Assembly (NCBI GenBank): GCA_964389675.1
Contig: CAYMEV010000011.1
Span: 1 to 64,000 of the forward strand
Source: an uncultured Candidatus Sumerlaeota bacterium
GTDB lineage: Bacteria > CAYMEV01
DNA: 64,000 bases
Direction of reading: 5' to 3'
Part shown: positions 37,745 to 48,327 of the stretch, piece by piece
Layout: the number at the start of each line of letters is the position of its first letter
Numbering within the stretch: the stretch's first letter is position 1
Made by a program: the position numbers and the translations under genes
The notes under the pieces: model-generated
What the model was told of the DNA's origin: nothing
The model's database searches: none
Seen by the model: the letters and a program-made list of their open reading frames with translations, nothing else

Positions 37745-39550
37745 TTAATTCGTTTTAACCTCCTTGATGGCATTGACAGGGCATACCTGATAGCAGAGAG
37801 AACAGCCTATGCAGACCGATTCGGAAATTACAGATTTATTCTTGTTTTTCTCTGTAAGCTCTTTGCCCTTTGATATGGCCGGACAGCCAATACTGACGCA
37901 TGTCCCGCATCCAATGCATTTATCAGAATCAACAGTGAATTTTGAGTACCTCACCTTTTTTGGGTAAAGGGTGCATACTCTTCTTGCTATTATGACACTT
38001 AACTCTTCCCTTTTTGATTCTTCTTTGAAAGCCTGCAGTGTTTCCTTGTAATTGTAGGGATCAACGACCCTGATATGTTTTACCCCAAGGCCCTCCAGTG
38101 TTTTCACTATATCAATCGAAGGTGCTGATTGCCTGCAGAGGTCTTTCCCGGTACCGGGGTGCTCCTGCCCCCCCGTCATTGCAGTAATGCCATTGTCCAG
38201 GATTACCACAGTGATGGAGCTTTTATTATATACTGCATCCATGATGCCCGGTACGCCTGAATGAACAAATGTACTGTCCCCTATAAGGGCAAATATATTC
38301 TCTTTCTTTCCAAGGGCCCTTTCAAGGCCAAGTGCTGTCCCGATAGAAGCGCCCATGGAAAAGCATGTCTCAATAACCTCCATCGGCGGCATCAGCCCTA
38401 ATGTATAGCACCCTATATCCCCCATTGATATTCTGTCCTTTGCTCCTACAGCCTTCCTCAGGGCAAAATAGGTGCCAAGATGCGGGCACCCCGGGCAGAG
38501 TGTCGGCGGCCTTTTAAGCAGATGGCCAATTTTTAGAGGTTCTTTCTTTTCAGGGTATTCAGATCCCATAAAAGAATAAACAGACTTTTTTACAATCTCC
38601 GTATCCAGTTCCCCGCAAACAGGAACATACTCTTTGCCCTTCACATCGATACCGAGGTTTCTGACACCTTCCTCTATATAAGGTTCAAGCTCTTCAACTA
38701 CCAGCAAAGCGGAAACCTTCTGATTAAATTCGCTGATAATTTTGTCAGGAAGCGGGTTTAGCATTCCAAGCTTGAGAATGCTTGCAGCAGGATAAGCTTC
38801 CTTTACATACTGATAGGATATACCTGAGGTAATTACTCCAATCTCCTTTGAATTTATCTCTACTCTATTTATGCCTGAACGGTTTGAGTATTCCCTTAGC
38901 TTTATAAGCCTGTCCTCCAGGATTACGTGCCTTTTCTTTGCATTATTCGGAACCATTACATATTTCGGTATATCCTTAATATAGGTCCTTTCCTCAGGTT
39001 CGATCTTTTCAAAAGGCTTTACAAGACCCTTCGAATGGCATACCCTCGTTGACAGCCTGAGCATTACAGGAGTATCATATCTTTCTGATATCTCGAGCCC
39101 CAGTTTTGTAAAGTCAAGGGCTTCCTGGCTGTCAGAAGGCTCCAGCACAACCATTTTTGCAAACCTGCCCAGTACACGGTTATCCTGTTCATTCTGAGAA
39201 GAAGCCATGCCGGGATCATCAGCACTGACAAGCAGAAACCCTCCATTAACTCCTGTATAGACAAATGTCATAAGGGGATCCATTGCTACATTTACGCCTA
39301 CATGCTTCATGGCGACAAGAGACCTTTTACCTGCAATTGATGCACCTATAGCTATTTCCATAGCAGTTTTCTCATTGGGAGCCCAGTTGGCTTTAATATC
39401 TTCAAAGTACCGTATTGCTTCTAATATCTCCGTACTCGGTGTTCCTGGATAGGCAGATGCAACTCTAACTCCTGAAAGGTAAGCGCCAAGTGCTACAGCC
39501 TCATTCCCGGAAAGAAAATGCTTACCGTTAAAAGACTCAATTTTTACCAT
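37745..39550 (-). CDS. iorA: Indolepyruvate ferredoxin oxidoreductase alpha subunit
   Basis: GNEAVA, YPGTPSTE, MKHVGVNVA, SSQNEQD, CPGCPH, GDIGCY, GDSTF, two C-terminal ferredoxin motifs. Confidence 0.95.
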   Translation of the reverse strand: MVKIESFNGKHFLSGNEAVALGAYLSGVRVASAYPGTPSTEILEAIRYFEDIKANWAPNEKTAMEIAIGASIAGKRSLVAMKHVGVNVAMDPLMTFVYTGVNGGFLLVSADDPGMASSQNEQDNRVLGRFAKMVVLEPSDSQEALDFTKLGLEISERYDTPVMLRLSTRVCHSKGLVKPFEKIEPEERTYIKDIPKYVMVPNNAKKRHVILEDRLIKLREYSNRSGINRVEINSKEIGVITSGISYQYVKEAYPAASILKLGMLNPLPDKIISEFNQKVSALLVVEELEPYIEEGVRNLGIDVKGKEYVPVCGELDTEIVKKSVYSFMGSEYPEKKEPLKIGHLLKRPPTLCPGCPHLGTYFALRKAVGAKDRISMGDIGCYTLGLMPPMEVIETCFSMGASIGTALGLERALGKKENIFALIGDSTFVHSGVPGIMDAVYNKSSITVVILDNGITAMTGGQEHPGTGKDLCRQSAPSIDIVKTLEGLGVKHIRVVDPYNYKETLQAFKEESKREELSVIIARRVCTLYPKKVRYSKFTVDSDKCIGCGTCVSIGCPAISKGKELTEKNKNKSVISESVCIGCSLCYQVCPVNAIKEVKTN

Positions 39551-39664
39551 AGAGTTTCCTCCTCGAATTATTTATATTAGGACATTTATGGGAATTAAGA
39601 TATAGTATTAAATACCTGTGTCAATAAATAATTGCCGGGTATTATAATATAACACCTTGCAATA

Positions 39665-40270
39665 TCACTTGTCAGACCGGTTTCTATACAGCCCGGGGTC
39701 AACTATATTAGCCATGGATTCAAAATCCAGGTCCCTTTTAAGGAATTTGCCCACCCTTTTTGCACAGTTCAGGGGATCATTAATAATATCCCGATGGTTT
39801 ATATAAAGGACATCCATGTTCTTTCTCATTTTAATTATGGATTTTACTTCATTAAGGTGGCTCTGGTATATTACCTTCATTCTTTCGTCTTCTTCAGGAT
39901 TGGCCTCTTCACCGAGCCTTATGAGCATTTTGTTCTGGGAGGCCATTACCTCATTCAGATTCCTCTCCAGGAATATAATGCTGTAATTATTTTCCCTGGG
40001 CAGGTATTTAAGAAGGTAGGATATGATTTTAACGACCTGGCCCCGCTTTTCCCTTAACCATGATCTATCTTTATCCTTATCCAGTTCCTTGACCCTTTCC
40101 AGTTCATAATAGCCCCTTGGATTGTCATTATCAGCAGTTCTTATGCCGTCTGTCGATATATTCAGTTCTGCCGCCCTGAGCATGTCCATCATCATTGATG
40201 TGCCGGAACGCGGCAATCCCGATACAATTATAACCGGTTCTTTTTTCTTAAATAATCTGTCAAAAAACAT
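39665..40270 (-). CDS. Sulfotransferase family protein
   Basis: VSGLPRSGTSMMM PAPS-binding loop, DNPRGYYE, R..EVMASQ. Confidence 0.82.
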   Translation of the reverse strand: MFFDRLFKKKEPVIIVSGLPRSGTSMMMDMLRAAELNISTDGIRTADNDNPRGYYELERVKELDKDKDRSWLREKRGQVVKIISYLLKYLPRENNYSIIFLERNLNEVMASQNKMLIRLGEEANPEEDERMKVIYQSHLNEVKSIIKMRKNMDVLYINHRDIINDPLNCAKRVGKFLKRDLDFESMANIVDPGLYRNRSDK

Positions 40271-40349
40271 TAGATTTGCTCCCCGCTCATTTATAAGCAA
40301 ACATTATTATCATTTATAGATAATGTGTCAAATAAAACAGAAGCAGGAA

Positions 40350-41027
40350 TTAGCTTTCTGTCTTATCAGGGCTCAGCTCAATATTATGATGCTTTATGAC
40401 CTTGCCTTTAATTATGTAAATAACATCTTCGCAGATATTGGTTGAAAGATCCGATATCCTCTCAAGGTTCCTCGCAATGTTCATAAGCTGAAGAGCCCTG
40501 TCAATACATGAAGGAGATGATGCCATATAGGTGCTGAGTTCACGGAAAACCTGATCCCGAAGCCCGTCGACAATGTCATCACGCTTAAACACAGACTCAG
40601 CAAGGCCGGAGTCAAGGTTTATATATGAAGTTATGCTGTCAAACAGTATCCTGATTGTTTCCTCTGCCATCCTTGGAACATCGATCAGCGGCTTTAAGGC
40701 TGGCCTGTCAATTATAAAACTGGCGCTTTCAGCAATGTTCACTGCATGATCGGCCATTCTTTCCAGGTCATTGTTGATCTTCAGGATCATTATGATTTTT
40801 CTTAGATCCCCGGCAAGAGGCTGGAACTGTGCTATTGTTGAAATACACAGGTCCTCCAGCTCCAGTTCTGTACTGTTTGCCTTTGCTTCATCAGAATCAA
40901 TAACATCAATAAGCTCATCCTTATTCTTATTGAGAAGGCCGTTAATGCTCTTTTCAATCATTTTCTGAACGAAAGTCGCATATTTTGTTATCTTCTCATC
41001 CAAAATGCCTAATCTGGAACTTAACAT
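40350..41027 (-). CDS. phoU: Phosphate signalling protein PhoU
   Basis: QPLAGDLR, DLERMADHAVNIAE, DDIVD, RNLERISDLSTNICE. Confidence 0.95.
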   Translation of the reverse strand: MLSSRLGILDEKITKYATFVQKMIEKSINGLLNKNKDELIDVIDSDEAKANSTELELEDLCISTIAQFQPLAGDLRKIIMILKINNDLERMADHAVNIAESASFIIDRPALKPLIDVPRMAEETIRILFDSITSYINLDSGLAESVFKRDDIVDGLRDQVFRELSTYMASSPSCIDRALQLMNIARNLERISDLSTNICEDVIYIIKGKVIKHHNIELSPDKTES

Positions 41028-41039
41028 ATTTTTCTCCTC

Positions 41040-41798
41040 TTAACCGAATTTTCCCGTAAGATATTCTTCTGTCCTCTTGTCTTTCGGGACTGTAAAAAGC
41101 CTTTCAGTCTGGCCGTATTCAACAAGGTCCCCCAGGTACAGGAATACCGTATAGTCAGAAACCCTTGATGCCTGTGCGATATTGTGAGTAACAAGCATTA
41201 TCGTTACATACTGCTTCAATTCTACAATCAGTTCTTCAATTTTTGATGTTGCCTTCGGATCCAGGGCTGATGTCGGCTCATCAAGCAATAGTATCTCGGG
41301 ATTCATAGCAAGGGCCCTTGCGATGCACAGCCTCTGCTGCTGCCCGCCCGAGAGGAAAGTTCCCTTTCTCATCAGGCTGTCCTTGACTTCATCCCATAAT
41401 GCAGCCTTCTTCAGCGAATCCTCTACAATCATATCCCTTTTGCTTTTCTTCAATCTGATTCCGTTTAATTTATATCCGGCAATAACATTATCATATATTG
41501 TCATGGTTGGAAAGGGGTTTGGCTTCTGGAATACCATTCCAACTTTCCTCCTGACTACTATTGGATTCATCTGGTTAAGGTCCTGGTCATTCAGGAATAT
41601 CTGCCCTACAGTCCTGACATTACCGCTTAATTCATGCATTCTGTTGACACAGCGTAGCAGTGTGGTCTTACCGCATCCTGAAGGGCCCATTATCGCAGTC
41701 ACAACCCTTTTTTCGATTTTCAGGTTTATATTGCTGAGAGCTTTAGTATCTCCGTAATATACGGACAGATCCTTTATATTCAGTACTGCACTTTCCAT
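41040..41798 (-). CDS. pstB: Phosphate ABC transporter ATPase
   Basis: [45 protein letters not shown]. Confidence 0.96.
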   Translation of the reverse strand: MESAVLNIKDLSVYYGDTKALSNINLKIEKRVVTAIMGPSGCGKTTLLRCVNRMHELSGNVRTVGQIFLNDQDLNQMNPIVVRRKVGMVFQKPNPFPTMTIYDNVIAGYKLNGIRLKKSKRDMIVEDSLKKAALWDEVKDSLMRKGTFLSGGQQQRLCIARALAMNPEILLLDEPTSALDPKATSKIEELIVELKQYVTIMLVTHNIAQASRVSDYTVFLYLGDLVEYGQTERLFTVPKDKRTEEYLTGKFG

Positions 41799-42628
41799 TT
41801 CTTTGCTCCTAATTTTGATAGCAGGTTAAGTATAAGAATAATTATTATCAGCACAAATGATGCGCCCCATGCAAGCTTATGCCACTCAGGGAACGGGCTC
41901 ATCGCATAATTGTAGATCTCCAGAGGCAGAGAGCTTACAGGTTTTGTTATATTAAGGTTCCAGAAGGGATTTCCGAAGGCAGTAAACAGCAGAGGAGCGG
42001 TTTCTCCGCTGATCCTTGCGATACTGAGCAGAACCCCTGAGAGAATACCGCTGAACCCGGTGGGAAGTATGACCTTCAATATAGTCTTATAATAAGGGAC
42101 GCCAAGCGCCATAGATGCCTCCTTAAGGCTGTAAGGAAGAAGGTTAAGCGTTTCTTCAGTTGATCTTACAATTATTGGAAGCATCATAACTGCAAGGGCA
42201 ATTCCTCCTGACAGGGCTGAGAAACCCCCGAAAGGAACAACGATCCAGAGATATGCAAAAATTCCGATCACTATTGATGGAACCCCCTGTAGAATTTCAA
42301 CAAACATTCTTATATATGAAGCAATACTGCTCTTTTTATTCTCTGAAAGGTAGATGCCTCCTGTGACACCGACAGGGATGGATATTAAAGAAGAGATAAG
42401 GATCAGCATAAGCGTACCTGCAATTGCATTCGCAAGACCTCCTCCCTCCTCTCCCACAGGTTTGGGAAGATTCACAAGAAAATCAAGGTTAACAGCTGAT
42501 AAGCCATTCTTTATAAGATAAAAGAATATAAGAACGAGAGGAAGCGCACAGATCAGAGAGAATAATACTATAAAAAACATAAACAGCCTGTCCTTTATAA
42601 TCCTGAGCCTGATTCCTTTTTCAATCAT
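41780..42628 (-). CDS. pstA: Phosphate ABC transporter permease
   Basis: [23 protein letters not shown]. Confidence 0.95.
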   Translation of the reverse strand: MIEKGIRLRIIKDRLFMFFIVLFSLICALPLVLIFFYLIKNGLSAVNLDFLVNLPKPVGEEGGGLANAIAGTLMLILISSLISIPVGVTGGIYLSENKKSSIASYIRMFVEILQGVPSIVIGIFAYLWIVVPFGGFSALSGGIALAVMMLPIIVRSTEETLNLLPYSLKEASMALGVPYYKTILKVILPTGFSGILSGVLLSIARISGETAPLLFTAFGNPFWNLNITKPVSSLPLEIYNYAMSPFPEWHKLAWGASFVLIIIILILNLLSKLGAKKWKVQY

Positions 42629-42645
42629 TGATTATCTCCATACAG

Positions 42646-43521
42646 CTATTGTGGCATACCCCTCTGAAGCCTTTTCATAATTATTTTTCCTAAAAAGCTG
42701 ATTACAGCAGTAACAAAAAGAAGCACCAATGCTATCTCTATAAGAGTTGAGTGATACAGATTACTTGATGCCTCTGCAAACTCATTTGCAATTATGCTTG
42801 CCATTGTATTTGCGGGATCAAAAATACTTTTTGGTATTGTATTTCTGTTTCCGATAACCATTGTAACAGCCATAGTTTCACCTAAAGCCCTGCCAAGGGA
42901 TAACAATATCCCGGCAAAGATACCCGATTTCGCATAAGGAAGGCTGACCTTTTTTATAACCTCATACCTTGTTGCTCCCAGAGAATAGGCGGCCTCTTTA
43001 AGGTCCCTGGGCACCATATTAATGACCTCCTTGGATATTGAGGCTGAATATGGTATTATCATGATGGACAGTATTATTGCCGATGTCAGCATGCCCACTC
43101 CATATGGTATCACCCCCAGCTTAAGCTGGAGTTTCTGAATAAGGGGGACCAGTACAAAAAGACCCCAAAACCCGTATATTACTGAAGGTATCCCGGCAAG
43201 CAGTTCAATAATCGTCTTCAAGGCACTGCTTAAAAAACCGGTCTTAATGTATTCTCCCAACAGGACAGCCAGTGAAATAGCAAAGGGGATAGAGATAAAA
43301 AGCGCCAGAAAAGACGTAATAAGAGTGCCTGCTAAAAATGGCACAGCACCATATTCATCATTGACAGGGTCCCATATCCCGCTGAAAAGAAAACTGAATC
43401 CGCTGTGCCTTATTGATGGAACTGATTTATAAAGAAGTGTCAGAAATAATAACAGGAGTATGACTGCAATAATCAATCCTGAAAACTTCAATATCCATCT
43501 GAATGCTTTCTCCCGGATCAT
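42646..43521 (-). CDS. pstC: Phosphate ABC transporter permease
   Basis: ELLAGIPSVIYGFWG, GRALGETMAVTMVIGN. Confidence 0.95.
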   Translation of the reverse strand: MIREKAFRWILKFSGLIIAVILLLLFLTLLYKSVPSIRHSGFSFLFSGIWDPVNDEYGAVPFLAGTLITSFLALFISIPFAISLAVLLGEYIKTGFLSSALKTIIELLAGIPSVIYGFWGLFVLVPLIQKLQLKLGVIPYGVGMLTSAIILSIMIIPYSASISKEVINMVPRDLKEAAYSLGATRYEVIKKVSLPYAKSGIFAGILLSLGRALGETMAVTMVIGNRNTIPKSIFDPANTMASIIANEFAEASSNLYHSTLIEIALVLLFVTAVISFLGKIIMKRLQRGMPQ

Positions 43522-43573
43522 CTTTATTTTCTCCGCTATCCTCTCATAACTATATTCTTTTCATTATCACATT

Positions 43574-43610
43574 ATATAATTGGGGGATGGGTCCCCTCCC
43601 CCAATTATAT
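43574..43610. terminator. 14-bp perfect hairpin between pstS and pstC
   Basis: ATATAATTGGGGGA-N9-TCCCCCAATTATAT. Confidence 0.7.
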
Positions 43611-43626
43611 CTCAGCTGATTTTATC

Positions 43627-44673
43627 CTAAAGAATTTTTTTGCCGTCAAATACAACGGATTTCAGCAGTGCCTCAGCCTTTTTCAGCACAGAAGGTGCAA
43701 GGTCAGCATAATGCAAAGGTTCAGCATATTTCTGGCCATCTTCCAGCATCCACAATATAAGCTTCAATGTTTCTTCTGCCTGCTTTCTATTTCTTTTTCC
43801 ATAGTTCTGTTCCTGGTATAATATGATCCAGGTGAAGCCTGATATAGGATAACCATTCTCTGCATCAGTATCCGTTATGCTTACACGTGTATCATCAGGT
43901 ATCTCAATATCAGCAGACATTTTAACAGATTCTATGGACGGTGCAATAAAATTGCCTGACCTGTTCCTGATTATTCCAGCTGGAAGATTATTGCTCGATG
44001 CATATATATACTCAACATATCCCAGTGATCCCGGTATCTGCCTGATTAATCCTGCAACTCCCGGATTTCCCTTCCCTCCAAGGCCAAGAGGCCATCTTAA
44101 TGATTTCCCTCTGCCAACTTTATTTTCCCACTCATCACTGACCTTGGAAAGGTAGTCGCTGAATATGGCTGTCGTACCGCTGCCGTCTGACCTGTGTACA
44201 ACTACTATTTCCATATCTGGAAGGGACACACCGGGGTTTAATTCCTGTATTCTTTTATCATTCCATCTGGTAATCTTTCCCAAAAATATATCAGCTATTA
44301 CATCAGATGAAAAATTAAGTTCCGGGCTGTCAGGAAGGTTGTATGTGATTACAACAGCCCCCAGGCATGTAGGGATATGGACTATGTGTGCCCCTGCTTC
44401 CCTGATAGCCTCATCATCCATAAATGCATCAGTTCCACCGAAATCCACGGTCTTGTTCAGCATCTGCCTGATACCTCCCCCGGAACCGATTGCCTGATAA
44501 TTTACCTTTATTTTTGTCTGATTATAATATTCATCAAACATTTTTGAATAAAGCGGGTAAGGGAATGTAGCACCCGCCCCCGTGAGCTCGGTCTGCTGGG
44601 CATATATGCTGAATACGCTGCCTGTCATTATTATAAGAATTGCTGAAATAATTAAAGTATTATACAGTTTCAT
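43627..44673 (-). CDS. pstS: Phosphate-binding protein
   Basis: GAGATFPYPLY, IGSGGG, HRSDGSGTT, YPISGFTW. Confidence 0.96.
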   Translation of the reverse strand: MKLYNTLIISAILIIMTGSVFSIYAQQTELTGAGATFPYPLYSKMFDEYYNQTKIKVNYQAIGSGGGIRQMLNKTVDFGGTDAFMDDEAIREAGAHIVHIPTCLGAVVITYNLPDSPELNFSSDVIADIFLGKITRWNDKRIQELNPGVSLPDMEIVVVHRSDGSGTTAIFSDYLSKVSDEWENKVGRGKSLRWPLGLGGKGNPGVAGLIRQIPGSLGYVEYIYASSNNLPAGIIRNRSGNFIAPSIESVKMSADIEIPDDTRVSITDTDAENGYPISGFTWIILYQEQNYGKRNRKQAEETLKLILWMLEDGQKYAEPLHYADLAPSVLKKAEALLKSVVFDGKKIL

Positions 44674-44692
44674 TTTTATCCTCCTTTTTTTA

Positions 44693-45691
44693 TTAGAATT
44701 TATATGAAAAAGTAAGCCTGGCTATAAGGTCTGAATCTGTTTCAATTCCATCTTCATCATCATAAAATGTATATTCTACATTGGGTATTACCTGGAGATT
44801 TTTTATAATTGAATAAGAAAACCCTGCAATAACAAGGTTTGACGGGTTAAGCTCGGACATCCTGAGATATGCTATGTCGTCAGCTTTCGGGTTCGGGTCA
44901 AGAACTTTGTCGTACCTCATTATAAGGTCAAGCTTCTTTGATAATGAAAAGACCCCGAATACTGAAAAAAGGCTGTAGTCGCTTTCTGTATCATCAGTTT
45001 CCACATTTTTCCTGGCATACATAGCGCCAAGCCTTCCCCAATCTCTCTTATAGGCTATTAAAGCTGACATATTGGTTTCACTTTCATCGCTTTCCTTGCC
45101 GGTATAATTGAAATATCCCTCGATGTAAAGCCCTTCCTTCTGCCCGTAAGAAAGCAGAGCATGGAGCGATTTCCCTTTGTTCTTTTCATTTTTATTGCTC
45201 TCACCGTTTCCATAAAGGGCCGTAAAGCCAAATCCACCGGAGTTATATGAATATGATATGCCCAGGTCCCTTGAGCTCATAAATTTCTGGACGTCTGCCG
45301 GGGATTTCTCAACATTTCTGTATCCCCAGTATTTTTCATAACCGCTGAATGCCGGATTTCCTATTATGCCTAACCCAAAAGTGCTGTTACCCATTTTATA
45401 ACTGATAGCAGCATCCTTTACGAATGGTTCTAATTTATCGCTTGATTCAAAGTCTCCGGGATGGTTCATCTCAAACCTCAGTACCCCGGACCATTCATCG
45501 TTCAGCTTATATTTGTATCGGAAATATATCCTTCTTACGACAAAGCCGTGCAATCCTTCAATATCCTCCAGGTGATGGCTGCTGACATAATAATAATCCC
45601 CGAATAATAAGCCGTCAAAAGTTCCCTCTGCCCTGCAGATAACTGGCATGATAATCAAAAGTGCAAGCATTACCAGAATTGCTTTTTTCAT
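44693..45691 (-). CDS. Outer-membrane beta-barrel, putative phosphate porin
   Basis: Signal peptide, FVVRRIYF, FVKDA, SSRDLG, amphipathic strands, terminal Phe; directly upstream of pstS. Confidence 0.75.
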   Translation of the reverse strand: MKKAILVMLALLIIMPVICRAEGTFDGLLFGDYYYVSSHHLEDIEGLHGFVVRRIYFRYKYKLNDEWSGVLRFEMNHPGDFESSDKLEPFVKDAAISYKMGNSTFGLGIIGNPAFSGYEKYWGYRNVEKSPADVQKFMSSRDLGISYSYNSGGFGFTALYGNGESNKNEKNKGKSLHALLSYGQKEGLYIEGYFNYTGKESDESETNMSALIAYKRDWGRLGAMYARKNVETDDTESDYSLFSVFGVFSLSKKLDLIMRYDKVLDPNPKADDIAYLRMSELNPSNLVIAGFSYSIIKNLQVIPNVEYTFYDDEDGIETDSDLIARLTFSYKF

Positions 45692-45735
45692 TTTTTTCTC
45701 CTTTTTCAGTTTTTTATTTATTATTACATGGAGAA

Positions 45736-45774
45736 ATTTAAGGGATTATAATTATTATATTAATTTTCTGTTAA
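45736..45774 (-). promoter_or_regulatory. Pho-box-like direct repeats upstream of porin-pst operon
   Basis: Minus strand TTAACA, TTAATA (+11), TTATAA (+23), TTAAAT (+33). Confidence 0.55.
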
Positions 45775-47519
45775 TTTTCTGATGCTGGAAGATGTATGGT
45801 AAAAACAGTCCCTGAATTGATACTGCTTTCAACATTTATTTTTCCATTGTGCAGCAGGACAATCTGCTTTACTATCGACAGCCCAAGCCCGGAACCTGCA
45901 TTTTCCCTGGAACGGCTTTTCTCAGCGACAAAGAACCGGTCAAATATCCTTGGCAGGTCCTTGTCAGATATGCCTATGCCTGTATCCCTGACAGTCAACA
46001 GGGCATGCCCATTCTCAGGCCTGACCGAAACGGAAATAGACCCTTTTTTTGTATACCTGACTGCATTATCTATAAGGTTTATAAGCATCTGCTCAATTTT
46101 ATCAGCACAGCCCAAAACCCCCGGCGTATCATCAGAAATATCAATATTCAGATTCAGGTGCTTCTTCTCCAGGGAATATTTAAAAAGAACGATAATATTA
46201 TCCAGAACCTCCCTAAGATCCACATATTCAAAGTCCTCTCCCGATTTATGCTGGTCCAGTTCGGAGATCATTATCAAATCCTTTACTATCTTTATAAGCC
46301 TGTCTACATGCTTCTGGATAATATCCAGATAGCCCTTATGTTTCTCTTCTACTTCTTCATAAAGGGTTTCAGCAAAGCCTTTTATTGCTGTAAGAGGTGT
46401 TTTCAGTTCATGTGATGCATTGGCATAAAACTCCCTTTTCTGCTTTTCAAAGGCTTTTATATCTGAAATATCTGAAAAAATGAGTAATACACATTCAATA
46501 TTGGGCAAAAATATTGAATTGCAGACGAAGAACCTGTTATCATGCTTGATCTCAGCCCTGGAATTCATCCTTGTTTTCCTGGTATGCTCGATCAGGCTGT
46601 TAAGATCAGAATCTCTGAATATTTCCCAGTATTTTCTGTTTTTGTAATGCTCATTGAACATGCAAGCAAAGGTTTTATTGCCCGAATAAATCTCGTCATT
46701 ATTATTAATGATTACACTGGCATCTTCAATATTCTGTATTATTGAACAAACTGAATCATAAGGCTTTTTTTCCGAATATTTCTGACTTATTGAGTCAAGC
46801 ATGCTGTTTACTGCCGAATGCAGAGGGTATAACTCATCCCCGGGCCTGGATATGATCCTCAATGAGCTGTCCTTTTCTCTTACATTATAAAAAAAGCTTA
46901 TCAGCTCCGAAAGCTTTTTTGTGGTATCCCTGGACAGAAAATATGCAGCCAGGACAGATAGCACTGTCACTAATATCCCGAGAAGTGCAATATTGAAAAT
47001 CCATTTCTTTGCAAGGGTGTAGACATCTGATAAAGGGACGCTTATTCTGATATAACCTGTTTTTTGGCCTTCATAAAGATTCTCGACAGCATGATACAGC
47101 ATTTTTCTTCTTATGGATGTGCTGTACCTTACGGAATAACCGAATCTGTTATCATCTGACTCTGATAATTCAGCTCTGTTAAGATGATTATCCATAATAT
47201 GATAATCCATTTCTGAATCGAATAATACAGAACCTTTTCTGTCTATAATTGTAATTCTGTGTTTAAGCTTTTCTGCAGTATCCTGGAGTATGTTCCGTGC
47301 TGTTTCTGCTTCTTCATGTTTTTTTTCGTCGCCCTCCGCATTAAGCAGGATATCCGCCTGGGGCTTTATGGATAATGCTATGCTGAATAACCTTTCATTC
47401 AGCTGTTCAATATAAAATTTATATAGATAATTGGAAAATAAGATCCCGTTGATCAGGATAACTGATAATATAATGAACAGATACCCGCTGAAAATCCTTG
47501 TTATAAGTTTTTTTCTCAT
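45771..47519 (-). CDS. phoR: Sensor histidine kinase PhoR
   Basis: Two TM, MDNHLNRAE periplasmic motif, HAMP/PAS, ANASHELKTPLTAIKGF, NLIDNAVRY, DTGIGI, GSGLGLSIVK. Confidence 0.9.
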   Translation of the reverse strand: MRKKLITRIFSGYLFIILSVILINGILFSNYLYKFYIEQLNERLFSIALSIKPQADILLNAEGDEKKHEEAETARNILQDTAEKLKHRITIIDRKGSVLFDSEMDYHIMDNHLNRAELSESDDNRFGYSVRYSTSIRRKMLYHAVENLYEGQKTGYIRISVPLSDVYTLAKKWIFNIALLGILVTVLSVLAAYFLSRDTTKKLSELISFFYNVREKDSSLRIISRPGDELYPLHSAVNSMLDSISQKYSEKKPYDSVCSIIQNIEDASVIINNNDEIYSGNKTFACMFNEHYKNRKYWEIFRDSDLNSLIEHTRKTRMNSRAEIKHDNRFFVCNSIFLPNIECVLLIFSDISDIKAFEKQKREFYANASHELKTPLTAIKGFAETLYEEVEEKHKGYLDIIQKHVDRLIKIVKDLIMISELDQHKSGEDFEYVDLREVLDNIIVLFKYSLEKKHLNLNIDISDDTPGVLGCADKIEQMLINLIDNAVRYTKKGSISVSVRPENGHALLTVRDTGIGISDKDLPRIFDRFFVAEKSRSRENAGSGLGLSIVKQIVLLHNGKINVESSINSGTVFTIHLPASEN

Positions 47520-48193
47520 TCCTGTATCTTATAGCCTACCCCTCTAATATTTTTTATCATATTTCCTGAATTTCCCATTTTATCCCTCAGGTGTGTAATA
47601 TGAACATCAATTGTCCTGTCCACCACGATTTTCTCATTGCCCCATAGCAGGTCAAGAAGGTAATCCCTTGAGAAAACCCTCCCCTTTCTTTCAGCCAGGA
47701 TTTGAAGAAGCCTGAATTCAGTGGCTGTAAGATCAATCCTGTTTCCTTCCACATAAACCTCATGCCTTCCCGGATCTATCCTGACAGAACCAATGATCAG
47801 CAGGTCACTTTCCTTTTCCTTCCGTTCTCTTCTGAATATTGCCTTTACTCTCGCTGCAAGTTCTTTTGGTGAAAAGGGCTTTGTAACATAATCATCAGCG
47901 CCTAATTCAAGCCCTACAACCTTATCAACTTCATCATCCCTTGCTGTAAGCATAATGATATAGGCTGACTGAAATCTTTCATCTGCTCTTAAAAATCTGC
48001 ATATCTCAAGCCCGTCAGCATCGGGGAGCATCAGGTCCAGAACAACAAGATCAGGGACATTTGCCTTCAGATACTGGTAAAAATCTTCAGCATTATGGAA
48101 GCCCTTTGTGGAAAACCCGGCCTTTTTCAGATTAATTGAGACCAGCTCTATTATATCGGGCTCATCATCCACTATTGCTATAAGTCTCGACAT
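47516..48193 (-). CDS. phoB: OmpR-family response regulator PhoB/PhoP
   Basis: VDDE, LDLMLP, GADDYVTKPFS, RTIDVHI, IRGVGY; context with phoR and pst. Confidence 0.88.
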   Translation of the reverse strand: MSRLIAIVDDEPDIIELVSINLKKAGFSTKGFHNAEDFYQYLKANVPDLVVLDLMLPDADGLEICRFLRADERFQSAYIIMLTARDDEVDKVVGLELGADDYVTKPFSPKELAARVKAIFRRERKEKESDLLIIGSVRIDPGRHEVYVEGNRIDLTATEFRLLQILAERKGRVFSRDYLLDLLWGNEKIVVDRTIDVHITHLRDKMGNSGNMIKNIRGVGYKIQE

Positions 48194-48284
48194 TTTTACT
48201 CCTTAAATATAAAATTAATTATATTTACTTTTCATTCTCCAGTGTTAATAATATAACGAATTTATTATTAATTAATAATATCAT

Positions 48285-48325
48285 CAATTTAATTTTTTCA
48301 TAATTTTTTGTTAAGTTTTGGTTAA
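48285..48325 (-). promoter_or_regulatory. Four Pho-box-like repeats upstream of phoB
   Basis: Minus strand TTAACCAAAAC TTAACAAAAAA TTATGAAAAAA TTAAAT, exact 11-bp period. Confidence 0.65.
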
Positions 48326-48327
48326 AA

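Noticed and set aside
5307-43610. GGGG/CCCC hairpins at 5307, 27178-27228 and 43574 as a REP-like family
   Set aside because: Only the G/C runs are shared; their positions after stop codons are explained by termination or mRNA stabilisation.
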